DNA of 64,000 nt from an uncultured Desulfarculus sp. GTDB lineage: Bacteria; Desulfobacterota; Desulfarculia; Desulfarculales; Desulfarculaceae. The stretch lies in the NCBI GenBank assembly GCA_963665125.2, contig CAXXUK010000001.1:3168001-3232000 (forward strand), in the 5' to 3' direction. Within the stretch, counting starts at the first letter, position 1. Every line of letters starts with the position of its first letter. A program made the position numbers and the translations under genes. The notes under the pieces were generated by a model that had not been told where the DNA came from, made no database searches, and saw nothing but the letters and a program-made list of their open reading frames with translations. This document shows positions 1 through 10,344 of the stretch, one piece after another.

Positions 1-146
1 CTGTCGGCCGCCTGGACCCAGCCCAACCCGTACTGCATGTCCCGCTTTGTCTGGGCGTCGATCTCCGGAATGCCGAACTCGTTGCGCTTGATCGCTATTT
101 CGGCGTCCAGGCCCGGCAGGGTAATTTTTTGATCCTTGAGCTTCAT
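1..146 (-). CDS. Penicillin acylase family (Ntn hydrolase), N-terminal fragment running off the window edge
   Basis: Manual translation from ATG at 146 gives MKLKDQKITLPGLDAEIAIKRNEFGIPEIDAQTKRDMQYGLGWVQAADR, matching the family N-terminal pattern GL..(V/I).I.RD..GIP.I.A....D..(F/Y)..G...A.DR. Confidence 0.8.
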   Translation of the reverse strand, partial: MKLKDQKITLPGLDAEIAIKRNEFGIPEIDAQTKRDMQYGLGWVQAAD

Positions 147-169
147 CGGCAGCCCCCAATCCAGCAAGT

Positions 170-196
170 CAAACGCCCGGCTGAACCGGGCGTTTG
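170..196. terminator. Stem-loop, probable terminator downstream of the enoyl-CoA hydratase gene
   Basis: caaacgcccgg-ctgaa-ccgggcgtttg, perfect 11-bp stem. Confidence 0.6.
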
Positions 197-212
197 CTTA
201 TTAGGAGGAAAA

Positions 213-935
213 TCAATCCGTGACCAGCAGGAATAGCTTTTCTATGTATTCCTTGTCGCGGTTATCCATCTCCTCAATTATGTGCCGGTGCATTCTCTTC
301 TTCATTTCCGAAAAAATGCCCCGCTTTTTTTCGAACGTGGCCGCATAGGCCACCGCTTCTTCGATCAGGGTCTGTTTATCGGCGCAGGCCTTGACGGCAA
401 AGCCCATGTCGACCATTTCCTCGGCCACCACGCGGCGGCCGGTCAACAGCAGTTCGTTGAATACCTGGGGCGGCATGATCCGGCTGACGAACTTGATCAT
501 GCTGGGCATGAAAGGCACGCCGACATCCACCTCGGGAAAGCAGAAAAAGCCGCGCCCGGAGAGCATCAACCGGAAGTCACAGGCGCAGGCCAAAATGGCT
601 CCGTTGCCAAAGGCGTGCCCGTTGACGGCGGCCACCGATGGTATGGGCAAAAGCAAAAAGCGTTTGAACACTTCGCCCATGCCGTACATGAAGTCCTTGA
701 TCGCCTGCAGGTCGCCTTCCTTTTGCCGCTCCAAAAGCCACATCAGGTTTACGCCCTGGCAAAAATTCTTTTCATCCGAAGAGCTCAGCACCAGGCTGCA
801 GACCTCCTTGTCGGCGACTATTTCGTCGAGAACGGCCAGCATCTGGCGGGAGTATTCCAGGTCGTGACGGTTTTCGCCGTCGTTCATCATCAGCACGGCC
901 ACCTTGCCGCGCTTTTCCCAGCTGAATCTAGACAT
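213..935 (-). CDS. Enoyl-CoA hydratase/isomerase (crotonase) family protein
   Basis: FCQGVNL, AAVNGHAFGNG, ACDFR, FPEVDVG crotonase motifs. Confidence 0.9.
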   Translation of the reverse strand: MSRFSWEKRGKVAVLMMNDGENRHDLEYSRQMLAVLDEIVADKEVCSLVLSSSDEKNFCQGVNLMWLLERQKEGDLQAIKDFMYGMGEVFKRFLLLPIPSVAAVNGHAFGNGAILACACDFRLMLSGRGFFCFPEVDVGVPFMPSMIKFVSRIMPPQVFNELLLTGRRVVAEEMVDMGFAVKACADKQTLIEEAVAYAATFEKKRGIFSEMKKRMHRHIIEEMDNRDKEYIEKLFLLVTD

Positions 936-1108
936 TTCATTGCCTCTGCGAAGTTGGTCAAAAATCGTGCAGCTATCCTAGCAGCAGCGGGCCCTACATG
1001 GCAACGACGACGGGCCCTACAGGGCTTCATCGCACGGCATTCACATTTTGGTGTTATTCCAACAGGCTGATTTGCTAAACTAAAGCATGATATTTCACTA
1101 GAGCACTA

Positions 1109-3961
1109 ATGACAGCATTAAGCAACAAAGATATGAACGCCACAGAGCTGATGGAGCGGCTTGAGCAGGCCCAAGCCCGCATCAGACAATTGGAAAGTCT
1201 GGTTTTCCGGCAATCCCATGCCCCAGATCCAATCGATCCGCTCCATAATGGCGTCATCGACCATCTTCCCACGGCTTTGTTGGAATTTGACCTAAGCGGC
1301 CTTAAGGCCTTCGTCGACCGGCTGCGCTCAAATGGCGTGTCAAATATTGAAGCCCATTTGGTGCAACATCCCCAGGCCCTGCGCGAGGCATTCAGCCACG
1401 GTCGTGTCACCTTTTTGAACCGCGTGGCCCGAAAGATTTTTCAGGTGGGCGATACCGTCGAGTTCATCAATTTTTTTGCTCAGTTTTTCACCCAAGAGGC
1501 AGCTTCCAAAGTATGCCGCTTTGTCGGGGAATTGGACGGAGGCAAAACCAACGGCAACTTTGAGGCCGAGTTTCGAACCAGATCAAATGACCCGATTTTT
1601 CTTGGCCTTTTTTGGGCCTTACCGCGAGAAGATTTCGAATCGTGGCGAAGGGTAATGGTGACGTTAATGGACCTGACGCCGCGAAAAATCGCGGAACAGG
1701 CCCTGGCCCAAAGTGAAGACCGCTACCGCGGCCTTTTTGAAAACAATCCCTCGGCAATGTGCCTGATCGATACATCGGGCCGGAAAATAATCGACGCCAA
1801 TCAGGCCGCCAGCGACTTGTTCGGCTACAGCAGAGACGCTCTCGCCTCGATGCCCATGGATAACTTGAACGCGCCGGGCCAGGATGACACATCGAACAAG
1901 CTGGCCGAAGCGGCCAACGGTCCGGCTAGGTTGGAGTTGCGGCAGCGTTTTGCCGACGGCACAGTCCATGAAGTGGAACTCTACGCCGGTCCGTTCATGG
2001 ATCAAACCGGAAAAAAAATACTGGCCACGATCCACGACATCACCCAGCGTAAAAGGGCCATGGAGAACCTGCGCCGGGCCGAGGGAAAATACCGCAATAT
2101 CATCGAGCAATCCGTACAGGGCATTATCCAGTCCACCGTCGAAGGCAAGGTCATCAGCGTGAACCCGTCCATGGCCCGCATTACCGGCTATGACAGCACT
2201 GAAGAAGCCATGAAATCGGTCTCCAACATAGGTAGCCAGGTATATTCCGACCCCCTCCGCCGGGAACAATTGATCAAAGAACTCAACCAACATGGAACCG
2301 TGCAATCGTTTCCCATCCAGATCAAGAGGCGGGACGGTGACATGGCCTGGATCAGCTATACGGCAAGGGCTGTAAAGGACGAAAACGACAAAATTATTTC
2401 CATCGAAGGCTTTGTCGAGGATATCACCAGCCGGATCACGGCTGAGGAGGCCTTGGCCCAGAGCGAAAAACGCTACAGGGCCATCGTCGATAACTCACTG
2501 GCCGCCATATACATCTTCCAGGACGACAAAATGGTCTTTTTGAACAAGGCCTTTTTGGATATGCTCGGCTATTCCGACCAAGCCCAGGGTCTGGGCAGGC
2601 CTTTCTGGGAGTTTATCCACCCGCTGGACCGCGAGTGGGTCAAAATGCGGGCCCAGGCCAGGGCCCGGGGCGAAAATGTAAAGCCGCACTATGCCTTCCG
2701 TTGCCTCAAGGCCGACAACACCGTGATATGGGTCGACATGCAGGCGACCACCATCTTCTTCCACGGCAAACCGGCGGTGCTGGGCAACCTCATCGATATT
2801 ACCGAACGCAAAATGCTCACCGACCGCCTGGCCCAGTCGCAAAAGATGGAGGCCGTGGGCACTTTGGCCAGCGGCATTGCCCACGACTTCAACAATATCC
2901 TCCAGGCCATCAGCGGATATGTCCAGATGGTGATGAGCGACGGCGTGAGCCAGCCCAATCTAAGGCGTATGAAGGAAATAGACTCCGCCGTCCTTAGGGC
3001 GGCCGACCTTATCCAGCGCATGCTGGCGTTCAGCCGCGACCTGGCCCCCCAGTTCATCGGTGTCGACATCAACAAGGAAATCAGCCAGGCCGTAAAACTT
3101 ATCGAACGCACCATTCCCAAATGGATCAGCATCAAAACGGAGCTGGAAAACGATCTACCCCTGGTCAACGGAGACCCCATAAGCCTGGTGCAAATGCTCA
3201 TGAACATGGCGGCCAACGCCAGAGACGCCATGCCCGATGGCGGCACGCTGACCATTTCCAGCCGGATGATCGACATTGACGAAAGCTTTTGCAGCACGCG
3301 GCCCGATCTGGAGCCCGGACCTTATGTACTGATCCGCGTGGCCGACTCGGGGCCGGGCATAGACGAATCCATCATCAAACAGATATTTGATCCGTTTTTC
3401 AGCACCAAGGAAATTGGGAGGGGCACCGGCCTGGGCCTTTCCCAAGTCTATGGGACAGTAAAGAGCCACCAGGGTCATATAGATTGCGAGAGCACTCTCG
3501 GTTTGGGCACGGAATTCAAGATCTATCTACCCAGCAAGCAGCCGGACCAGCAAACCACGAATAACGATCACGAACCGGAAAAGCAAGTCGAAGGCGGCGG
3601 CGAAGTCATACTTTTAGTGGACGACGAAACGGCCATCCTCGAAATCAGCAGCCAGGTGCTTTCCGATCATGGATACGCTGTCCATACGGCCGATTGCGGC
3701 GAAAACGCCCTTAAGGAACTAGACCGGCTTGGGAGGGCCGATTTGGTGGTCCTTGATCTGGGTATGCCCGGCATGGGCGGCCGGAGGTGTTTCGAGCAAA
3801 TCAAGCTTGAACACCAGTCTACCAAGGTGATTATCGCCAGCGGATACGCCGACGAAGACAACCGTGCCTGGGCCATGGAACGTGGCGCGGATGCTTTCCT
3901 GGCCAAGCCATACCGGCTTCCGGATCTGCTCAGCGAGGTCAGACGCGTGCTGGAAAACTAA
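1109..3961 (+). CDS. Cytoplasmic multi-PAS hybrid sensor histidine kinase with receiver domain
   Basis: Several PAS/PAC repeats, H-box GIAHDFNNIL, NARDAM, DSGPG, FFSTK, GTGLGL, C-terminal REC (LLVDDE, LDLGMPGM, KP). Confidence 0.95.
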   Translation: MTALSNKDMNATELMERLEQAQARIRQLESLVFRQSHAPDPIDPLHNGVIDHLPTALLEFDLSGLKAFVDRLRSNGVSNIEAHLVQHPQALREAFSHGRVTFLNRVARKIFQVGDTVEFINFFAQFFTQEAASKVCRFVGELDGGKTNGNFEAEFRTRSNDPIFLGLFWALPREDFESWRRVMVTLMDLTPRKIAEQALAQSEDRYRGLFENNPSAMCLIDTSGRKIIDANQAASDLFGYSRDALASMPMDNLNAPGQDDTSNKLAEAANGPARLELRQRFADGTVHEVELYAGPFMDQTGKKILATIHDITQRKRAMENLRRAEGKYRNIIEQSVQGIIQSTVEGKVISVNPSMARITGYDSTEEAMKSVSNIGSQVYSDPLRREQLIKELNQHGTVQSFPIQIKRRDGDMAWISYTARAVKDENDKIISIEGFVEDITSRITAEEALAQSEKRYRAIVDNSLAAIYIFQDDKMVFLNKAFLDMLGYSDQAQGLGRPFWEFIHPLDREWVKMRAQARARGENVKPHYAFRCLKADNTVIWVDMQATTIFFHGKPAVLGNLIDITERKMLTDRLAQSQKMEAVGTLASGIAHDFNNILQAISGYVQMVMSDGVSQPNLRRMKEIDSAVLRAADLIQRMLAFSRDLAPQFIGVDINKEISQAVKLIERTIPKWISIKTELENDLPLVNGDPISLVQMLMNMAANARDAMPDGGTLTISSRMIDIDESFCSTRPDLEPGPYVLIRVADSGPGIDESIIKQIFDPFFSTKEIGRGTGLGLSQVYGTVKSHQGHIDCESTLGLGTEFKIYLPSKQPDQQTTNNDHEPEKQVEGGGEVILLVDDETAILEISSQVLSDHGYAVHTADCGENALKELDRLGRADLVVLDLGMPGMGGRRCFEQIKLEHQSTKVIIASGYADEDNRAWAMERGADAFLAKPYRLPDLLSEVRRVLEN

Positions 3962-4758
3962 CCCGCCGCCGGAGCGACCGCCGCATGGCTTTCCATTTGC
4001 GGCGCATCGGGCTCGTGCCCCAGCAACAATTGAATCCTTGTGCGGGTTTCGGCGGCCAGGCTCTCCAGATCATCATCGGCGTATTGGTTGGGGTCGATGG
4101 GTTGGCCGATGCTCATCCTGATCACGCCCTTGTCCGGAAAAATCGTTTCGGGCTTCATCAGTTGGGAAGATCCGTAGATGCCCACCGGAATGATGGGCCG
4201 TCCGGCCGCCTTGGCCAAAAAGAACGTACCCCTGCGGAAAGGCAATAAATGTTCCGGATTGCGGTTGCGCGTGCCCTCCGGGAATATGACCACCGTGGCC
4301 CCGTCGCGGATCTTCTGGGCGCCATTTTCCAACAGTCTGGTAGTATTGCCCGATTTGCCCCGGGCCACGGGGATATGCACGATTTTCAGGTGCCAGCCGA
4401 TAAAGGGCACCTTCAGCAGAGATTCCTTGGCCACCCAGCAGATATCGGCCGGGATGCCGGCCAGCACCACGGCAATGTCGGCCGCTGATTGATGATTGGA
4501 CGCAAGCACGTAGCCGCCGCCGTCGGCGGGCAGGTTTTCCAGGCCGTGGATAGCGAGTTTGAAGCCGCAAAGCCAGCAAAGAAACTTGCCCCAAACCCTG
4601 GCAAAACGGCGGGAGCCCTTGCCGTTGAACATGCCGACGATCATCGAACCGAGTCCCAGCGTGGCGGTTACTATGCTAAACAAAATGCTTTGCCAAATCT
4701 TTCTCACATTACTGTAAAGCACGGCCGCCTCCACTGTATGAACCCAGGATGTTTCCAA
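3958..4758 (-). CDS. plsC: 1-acyl-sn-glycerol-3-phosphate acyltransferase (PlsC-like)
   Basis: NHQSAAD (HX4D) and FPEGTR motifs; start codon uncertain. Confidence 0.8.
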   Translation of the reverse strand: METSWVHTVEAAVLYSNVRKIWQSILFSIVTATLGLGSMIVGMFNGKGSRRFARVWGKFLCWLCGFKLAIHGLENLPADGGGYVLASNHQSAADIAVVLAGIPADICWVAKESLLKVPFIGWHLKIVHIPVARGKSGNTTRLLENGAQKIRDGATVVIFPEGTRNRNPEHLLPFRRGTFFLAKAAGRPIIPVGIYGSSQLMKPETIFPDKGVIRMSIGQPIDPNQYADDDLESLAAETRTRIQLLLGHEPDAPQMESHAAVAPAAG

Positions 4759-4916
4759 TCATGAGCATGGTTTACCAAATTCAATTAATACTTTATACAA
4801 ACGCGGCCACGCAAGGCAATTATTGAAAGCCTGTTTATTAACCTCCCCTTGTAAGGGGCGTCTGACAAATGCCAAAATGATTTTACTGTTTGGCAATAGC
4901 TTTTGGTTGCTGTTAT

Positions 4917-7199
4917 ATGAATCACCCCGGCAAATCACACCGCCACCCGCGGCTTCGTTGGTTCTTCGAGCTCAAGGCCATCTTGACCCAGGGCTGGCCT
5001 CCGCCGTCCGATGAACCGCAAGATATCGACTGGTGGCGTGAACGAATAGTAACCGCTCTATTGGGCCTTGCTTCCATGTTGGGGGCGGCGGCATATTTCC
5101 CTGGCATGCTATTGGCACTGTCCGAGGGCCGCTATCTTATCGGGATCTTTGACACCGTTGCCCTTGGCCTGCTAATCTTTTTGTTTTTAAACAAAAAAAT
5201 CGCCTATCGTTCCAAAGCCCTGGCCATGATCACGGCCAGCATGCTCCTGGGCGTGACCTTGTTGATATCGGTGGGATTCTACGGCGCGGGATATCTCTGG
5301 CTTTTCGGCAGCTGCCTATTGACGGGCGTGGTCTGGGGTTTTCCCTACATTGCCATTATCATCGGCATCAGCATCGCCATCCTCATCGCCATGGGTATCG
5401 CCGTCGATCAAAAACTGGTCTGGTGGACAGGCGTGGAAAACGCCACCGAGAAATGGTTCGTCGTCACCTCGAATTTTTTCTTTTTGGTGGCCATGTTGAC
5501 CACCGGAATTTCTGTGCTGATTCGCGGATTTCAGACAAGCATGACCAAGGAAATCCGTGCCCGGAAGGCCCTGGAGGCCGAGCGCACCCGCTTGAGCGCC
5601 ATCAACGACGAACTCATAGAACAGATGGAAAAACGCCAACAGGCCGAAAACGCCCTGGGCCATTCCGAACGCAAGTATCATGAGCTGCTCGAGAGCATCT
5701 TCGACCCCATTTACACCCACGACCTCAACGGTCGCATCCTATCCATCAACACCATCGCCGCCAATGCCCTGGGTTATACGCCCGAAGACCTTGTCGGCAA
5801 ACGAGTGCCAAAATTTTTAAGCAAGGAAAGCGGTGACTTTGCTGTTTCGCAATACCTGCCCAGGCTGCAAAAAGCCGGACATGACATGGGCACGGTGGAG
5901 GTTATCGCCCTTGACGGCCAGACTCATCTCTTCGAATACCGTTCATCGTTGGTTCTACCGCAGGACGGTTCGCCCTATGTCAGCGGCCTGGCCAGGGATG
6001 TCACCCTCCAGCGGGAAAGCCAGCGCCAGGTGGCGAATCTGCGAGAGCAATTGAACCAAGCCCGCAAGATGGAGGCCCTGGGCACCCTGGCCGGCGGCAT
6101 CGCCCACGACTTCAACAACATCCTTTCAGCAATCATTGGTTATACGGAGATGAGCATCGACAACATCGCCGATGGCAGCGAGGAAGAAAACGCCGAGTTC
6201 CTGGCCAGGGTGATCGAGGCGGCAAACCGCGCCCGCGAACTTGTGCGCCAGATCCTGACCTTCAGCCGCCGCAGCAGCGGGGAAAAGCTGCCCAAACGGC
6301 TTCAGCCGATTTTCGAGGAATGTTTGGCCATGCTCAGGGCGACCATTCCGGCCAATATTTCGATAAATACCCGTTTCAACATTCCCCAGGCTGTCATTGA
6401 TTGCGATGCCACCCAGATCCAGCAATTATTGATGAACCTGTGCACCAACGCGGCCCATTCCATGGAGCTCTCCGGCGGCAACCTGACGATTACGGTCGAT
6501 CAAATCGAGTTGCCAGATCCAAGCCCAATGGAAAAGGACGGCCTGGCCCGGGGCGAATATGTCCAGATACTGATCCACGACCAGGGCGCCGGTATCCCCG
6601 AGGAAATCTCCGATCGCGTTTTCGAGCCGTTTTTCACCACCAAGCCCGACAAGAAAGGCTCGGGCATGGGGCTTGCCGTTGTCCACGGCATCGTCAAGGA
6701 CCACCAGGGCAAGATTGATTTTACCAGCAGCCCCCAGGGAACCACTTTCGATGTGCTGCTTCCCATGAGCCACGGCGAGGAGGCCGGCCAGACCCAAACG
6801 CCGACTGAATTGCCCAGGGGCGACGAGCGGATAATCTTCATCGACGATGAAAAGGCCCTGGTTGATATCGGCAAAAAAACTTTGGAAAAACTGGGTTATC
6901 AGGTGACCGGTTTCACCAACCCTGCCCAGGCCTTGGGCAGGATAAGGAGCAAACCCGGCGATGTGGATTTGGTTATTACAGACCAGACCATGCCGGGCAT
7001 GACCGGCCTGCAGATCGCCGGGCAGGTTAAAAAAATCAGCCCCGGCACGCCGGTGTTGTTGTGCACCGGGTTCAACAACATGGTCAGCCAGGACAAACTG
7101 GCCATGAACGGGGTTGATCAGCTTCTGATGAAGCCGGTCAGCCGTATCAACATAGCCCAGGCCATCCGTATGCTGCTGGACAAGCGGCCGGGGGCCTAA
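4917..7199 (+). CDS. Membrane-bound PAS hybrid histidine kinase with receiver domain
   Basis: About six N-terminal TM helices, one PAS, GGIAHDFNNIL, FFTTK, GSGMGL, REC (DQTMPGM); ATG at 4917 preferred over TTG at 4890. Confidence 0.92.
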   Translation: MNHPGKSHRHPRLRWFFELKAILTQGWPPPSDEPQDIDWWRERIVTALLGLASMLGAAAYFPGMLLALSEGRYLIGIFDTVALGLLIFLFLNKKIAYRSKALAMITASMLLGVTLLISVGFYGAGYLWLFGSCLLTGVVWGFPYIAIIIGISIAILIAMGIAVDQKLVWWTGVENATEKWFVVTSNFFFLVAMLTTGISVLIRGFQTSMTKEIRARKALEAERTRLSAINDELIEQMEKRQQAENALGHSERKYHELLESIFDPIYTHDLNGRILSINTIAANALGYTPEDLVGKRVPKFLSKESGDFAVSQYLPRLQKAGHDMGTVEVIALDGQTHLFEYRSSLVLPQDGSPYVSGLARDVTLQRESQRQVANLREQLNQARKMEALGTLAGGIAHDFNNILSAIIGYTEMSIDNIADGSEEENAEFLARVIEAANRARELVRQILTFSRRSSGEKLPKRLQPIFEECLAMLRATIPANISINTRFNIPQAVIDCDATQIQQLLMNLCTNAAHSMELSGGNLTITVDQIELPDPSPMEKDGLARGEYVQILIHDQGAGIPEEISDRVFEPFFTTKPDKKGSGMGLAVVHGIVKDHQGKIDFTSSPQGTTFDVLLPMSHGEEAGQTQTPTELPRGDERIIFIDDEKALVDIGKKTLEKLGYQVTGFTNPAQALGRIRSKPGDVDLVITDQTMPGMTGLQIAGQVKKISPGTPVLLCTGFNNMVSQDKLAMNGVDQLLMKPVSRINIAQAIRMLLDKRPGA

Positions 7200-7639
7200 C
7201 GCACCACCAGGGTCGTGCAGTTGCCCCGGCGAACCAGCCTCTCGGCCACCGAGCCGAACAGAACCAAACCCATTCCGCTGAGCCCCTGGGACCCTACCAC
7301 CAGCAGGTCCGCCGGGTCATCTTCCTGTTGGGCCAGGATCTCAACGCTGGGGTGACCCCTCCGTAGGGCCAAATTAACCCGCAGGCCCGAGATCGAATCG
7401 AGATACTGACGCTCCATGTATGAACGGAGTTGGGCCGTTATCTCCTGATCGCTCATGCCCCGCACCAGGCGCTGGTCCTGGTCGGGCAACACGGGCATGC
7501 CCGGCACCAATACATGGATTATCGTCAGCCTTGCCCCATCGGCCCGGGCCTGCTCAATGGCCTTGGCCACGGCCTTGTCCGACTGGGGAGAAAAGTCGCA
7601 GGCCGCCATAATATGCTTAAAGGGCTTGGCTTGTGTCAT
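7196..7639 (-). CDS. Universal stress protein (UspA family)
   Basis: FKHIMAACDFS, DLLVVGSQG, LFGSVAERLVR. Confidence 0.92.
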   Translation of the reverse strand: MTQAKPFKHIMAACDFSPQSDKAVAKAIEQARADGARLTIIHVLVPGMPVLPDQDQRLVRGMSDQEITAQLRSYMERQYLDSISGLRVNLALRRGHPSVEILAQQEDDPADLLVVGSQGLSGMGLVLFGSVAERLVRRGNCTTLVVR

Positions 7640-8215
7640 TTATGCCCTCACCATGGCCATTATGGCCTCTTGTTGGCGGATCATAAAATCTTGGAACGAA
7701 CGGCCGATCTTCTTGAAGTGCCAGCTCTTGAGCGACCACATGTGGGCCAGCATCACAATGTCATAGGCCATCAGGTCGGTATCCATTACCCGGAACGAGC
7801 CGTCGGCCATGCCTTCATCCAGGATCTTGCGGAACATTTCCACGCTCTGGCGCTCCAACTGCATAATGCGCTTGCGGCCCGCCTTGTCCAGGGTCAGCGA
7901 CTCGCGGTAGACCAACAAGACCTTGGGGCGCTCTTGATCCACCACGGTGAAGAACTGGGCAATGGCCTGGCGCAGCTTTTCCGCCGGGGTCGCGTCATCT
8001 CCGATGCGCTGGGCCACGCCTTCGGCAAACTTGCTTTGGAGATGCTCCATTATGACCAGCATGATATCAGAGGGCTTCTTCACGTGGTGTGTGGTCACAG
8101 GCACGCTCACCCCGGCCGCCGCGGCGATCTCTTCCGCCGTGGCCTGTCGCCCCTTGCGATTGTATATCTCGCTGGCGGCGTTGATTATCTTGAGTCGAAT
8201 ATCGGTTTCAGGCAT
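7640..8215 (-). CDS. TetR/AcrR family transcriptional regulator
   Basis: N-terminal HTH (IINAASEIY..KG..ATAEEIAAAAGVS); stop directly abuts the usp start; ATG at 8215 chosen. Confidence 0.88.
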   Translation of the reverse strand: MPETDIRLKIINAASEIYNRKGRQATAEEIAAAAGVSVPVTTHHVKKPSDIMLVIMEHLQSKFAEGVAQRIGDDATPAEKLRQAIAQFFTVVDQERPKVLLVYRESLTLDKAGRKRIMQLERQSVEMFRKILDEGMADGSFRVMDTDLMAYDIVMLAHMWSLKSWHFKKIGRSFQDFMIRQQEAIMAMVRA

Positions 8216-8321
8216 CTGCAACCTCCCAGGCATTTGCGCATCAAACAAACCGTCTAAGCAATAGCCGGTAGTCTCCTCTGCCTACAGTTTAATCCAAGCG
8301 GGGGCTCCAGGTAAAACACCA

Positions 8322-8336
8322 TGAGCGGTTGGCTCA
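8322..8336. promoter_or_regulatory. Palindrome TGAGC-N5-GCTCA, candidate TetR operator
   Basis: Inverted repeat in the divergent intergenic region upstream of the TetR gene. Confidence 0.4.
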
Positions 8337-8547
8337 CATTGCATTTATAAAAGCGCATATGCAATCATACGTATGAACATTTAGTTATTGATCAAACGAC
8401 AGGCATCAAACCGCCCCGACAACAGGCAGGAGAAACCGCGGCAAATAGGAATACCGGCGGACAACGGGCTTTGATCAACGAGGATCGCCTTTGCCGTGAA
8501 AATTCCTGACGGGGCATCTTCATTAATCCGCCAGCGGAGTAACACTG

Positions 8548-9066
8548 ATGAAAAAAATTATCTCTTTGGCAGCAGCCGTGGTTTTGAGCATGATCGCCCT
8601 AACCGCCGCGGCTCAGGACATGGCGACTCCCCAGGAAGTGTACGACAAGGTTGTGGCCGCCGCGGCAACCCTGGAGCAGCTCGGCCCAGACGCCCTGCCC
8701 GCGTTCAACGACCCCAAAGGGGAGTTTGTCTGGAAAGACTCCTATGTGTTTGTCATAGACTGCAAAAAGGATGTCATCGTCGCCCATCCCAACAACAAGC
8801 TTATTGGTCTTAAAAACTCCGTCGTCAAAGACAAGCCCGGCAACATTCGCGAGCCGAAGGTTCTGGGCTACGAGCTGTGCAAAGCCGCTGAGAACCCCAA
8901 CGGCGGATGGGTGGATTATTATTGGGAAAAGCTGGGCTCGGACAAGCCAGAGCGCAAGATCAGCTTCGTCGTGTCCGTGCCCGGTCAGGCCTACACGGTC
9001 GCCGCGGGCATCTATGACGACAAGACCGACATTGACGCCCTGAACAAGGGCTTGAAGATGAAATAA
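8548..9066 (+). CDS. Secreted standalone Cache-domain (sCache_2-like) protein
   Basis: Signal peptide, then AFNDPKGEF..KDSYVFV, AHP, GGWVDYYW.K, K.SFV, AGIY. Confidence 0.88.
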   Translation: MKKIISLAAAVVLSMIALTAAAQDMATPQEVYDKVVAAAATLEQLGPDALPAFNDPKGEFVWKDSYVFVIDCKKDVIVAHPNNKLIGLKNSVVKDKPGNIREPKVLGYELCKAAENPNGGWVDYYWEKLGSDKPERKISFVVSVPGQAYTVAAGIYDDKTDIDALNKGLKMK

Positions 9067-9090
9067 ACCATCCCGCCAACTTTCAGCTTG

Positions 9091-9117
9091 CCCCGGCCCG
9101 ATTTCGGCCGGGGTTTT
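9091..9117 (+). terminator. Intrinsic terminator
   Basis: ccccggcc / ggccgggg stem followed by tttt. Confidence 0.7.
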
Positions 9118-9178
9118 CATTTCCTTTGGCGCCGGGACGTTGGGTATAATTTATTTTATACAATTCGGAGAAATCAGA

Positions 9179-10249
9179 ATGCGTGTACTGATCAAATCCA
9201 TCGCCTTGCTGGTTGTCCTGGCGGCCACCGCCTTTGTCTGCTTTTATTTGTGGGCCAGCAGCCCGGTTCTGCCCGTGGATGAGCTGGCCACCCTGCACAA
9301 CTACAATCCGAACGAAGCCCCTGCGGCTCCCTTGAATGACCAGTTCACCATTGTCACCTACAACGTCGGCTATTTTTCCGGCATGGCCAACAACCTTCCG
9401 GTGGAGTTGAACAAGAACTTTTTAAAAGACAACCTGCAAATGGCCATCGAGGCCTTGAAGCCGATGAAACCGGATGTCATCGCCATGCAGGAAATAGACT
9501 TTGATGCGTCACGCACCCACAGACAGGACCAATTGGAGGCCCTGGCCAAGGGGATCAACAGCGGCCAGACGGTCAACCTCGAACTCTTTTACGGGGCAAA
9601 GGCCGTCAACTGGAACAAAACCTATGTGCCGTTTCCCTATTGGCCGCTATCAGCCAACTTCGGCTACATGGTCAGCGGACAGGCCGTGCTGAGCAGCCAC
9701 CCTCTCAGCGGCCATGAGCGCCATGTGTTGCAAAAACGCCAGGACAAACCGTTTTACTACCGGGAATTTTATATCGACCGCCTGGCCCAATGCGTAATCG
9801 TGGACCTGGGCCAGCCCCTGGCCGTGATCAACGTGCACCTGGAGAGTTGGGACCGCGAAACCAGAGGCGTGCAGATCAGGCAAATTGTCGGGTTTGTGCG
9901 TGAAATGCAAAAAAAGGCCCCGGTCATCTTGTTGGGCGACTTCAACACCGTGCCCATCTGGGCCGCCAAGAAAACAGATTTCCCGGACGAGTTTCAGGAC
10001 TATACCGGCGAAAATACACTCTCAGTGGTCATGGACGAGATAGGACTGAAACCGGCCTTTGACGAGCCGGAGTTCCAGGGCGATCAAAGCGGCCTGCTGA
10101 CCTTTCCATCGGCCTCCCCTACACGGATGCTCGACCATATCTTCTATGATCCCAAAACAATACAACCCGTTTCCTGGCGGATTGTAAAGGAGGCGGGGAC
10201 GGCCTCGGACCACCTGCCCGTGGCCATGACCTTCCGTTTCAAGGATTAG
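9179..10249 (+). CDS. Endonuclease/exonuclease/phosphatase (EEP) family protein with N-terminal membrane anchor
   Basis: TYNVG, DVIAMQE, NVHL, LGDFN, LDHIF, SDHLPV motifs; ATG at 9179 after GGAG. Confidence 0.9.
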   Translation: MRVLIKSIALLVVLAATAFVCFYLWASSPVLPVDELATLHNYNPNEAPAAPLNDQFTIVTYNVGYFSGMANNLPVELNKNFLKDNLQMAIEALKPMKPDVIAMQEIDFDASRTHRQDQLEALAKGINSGQTVNLELFYGAKAVNWNKTYVPFPYWPLSANFGYMVSGQAVLSSHPLSGHERHVLQKRQDKPFYYREFYIDRLAQCVIVDLGQPLAVINVHLESWDRETRGVQIRQIVGFVREMQKKAPVILLGDFNTVPIWAAKKTDFPDEFQDYTGENTLSVVMDEIGLKPAFDEPEFQGDQSGLLTFPSASPTRMLDHIFYDPKTIQPVSWRIVKEAGTASDHLPVAMTFRFKD

Positions 10250-10309
10250 CGCATACCGCCGCAAACCCACCTCAGGCCCCCGTAGCCGGAAGTTCGCCGG
10301 GAATTTGGC

Positions 10310-10338
10310 TTGACTGAATCGGCTGGCTGTCATAGGAT
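10310..10338 (+). promoter_or_regulatory. Sigma70-type promoter for the riboswitch transcript
   Basis: TTGACT (10310-10315), 17-nt spacer, TAGGAT (10333-10338), immediately upstream of the aptamer. Confidence 0.65.
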
Positions 10339-10344
10339 TCTGCT

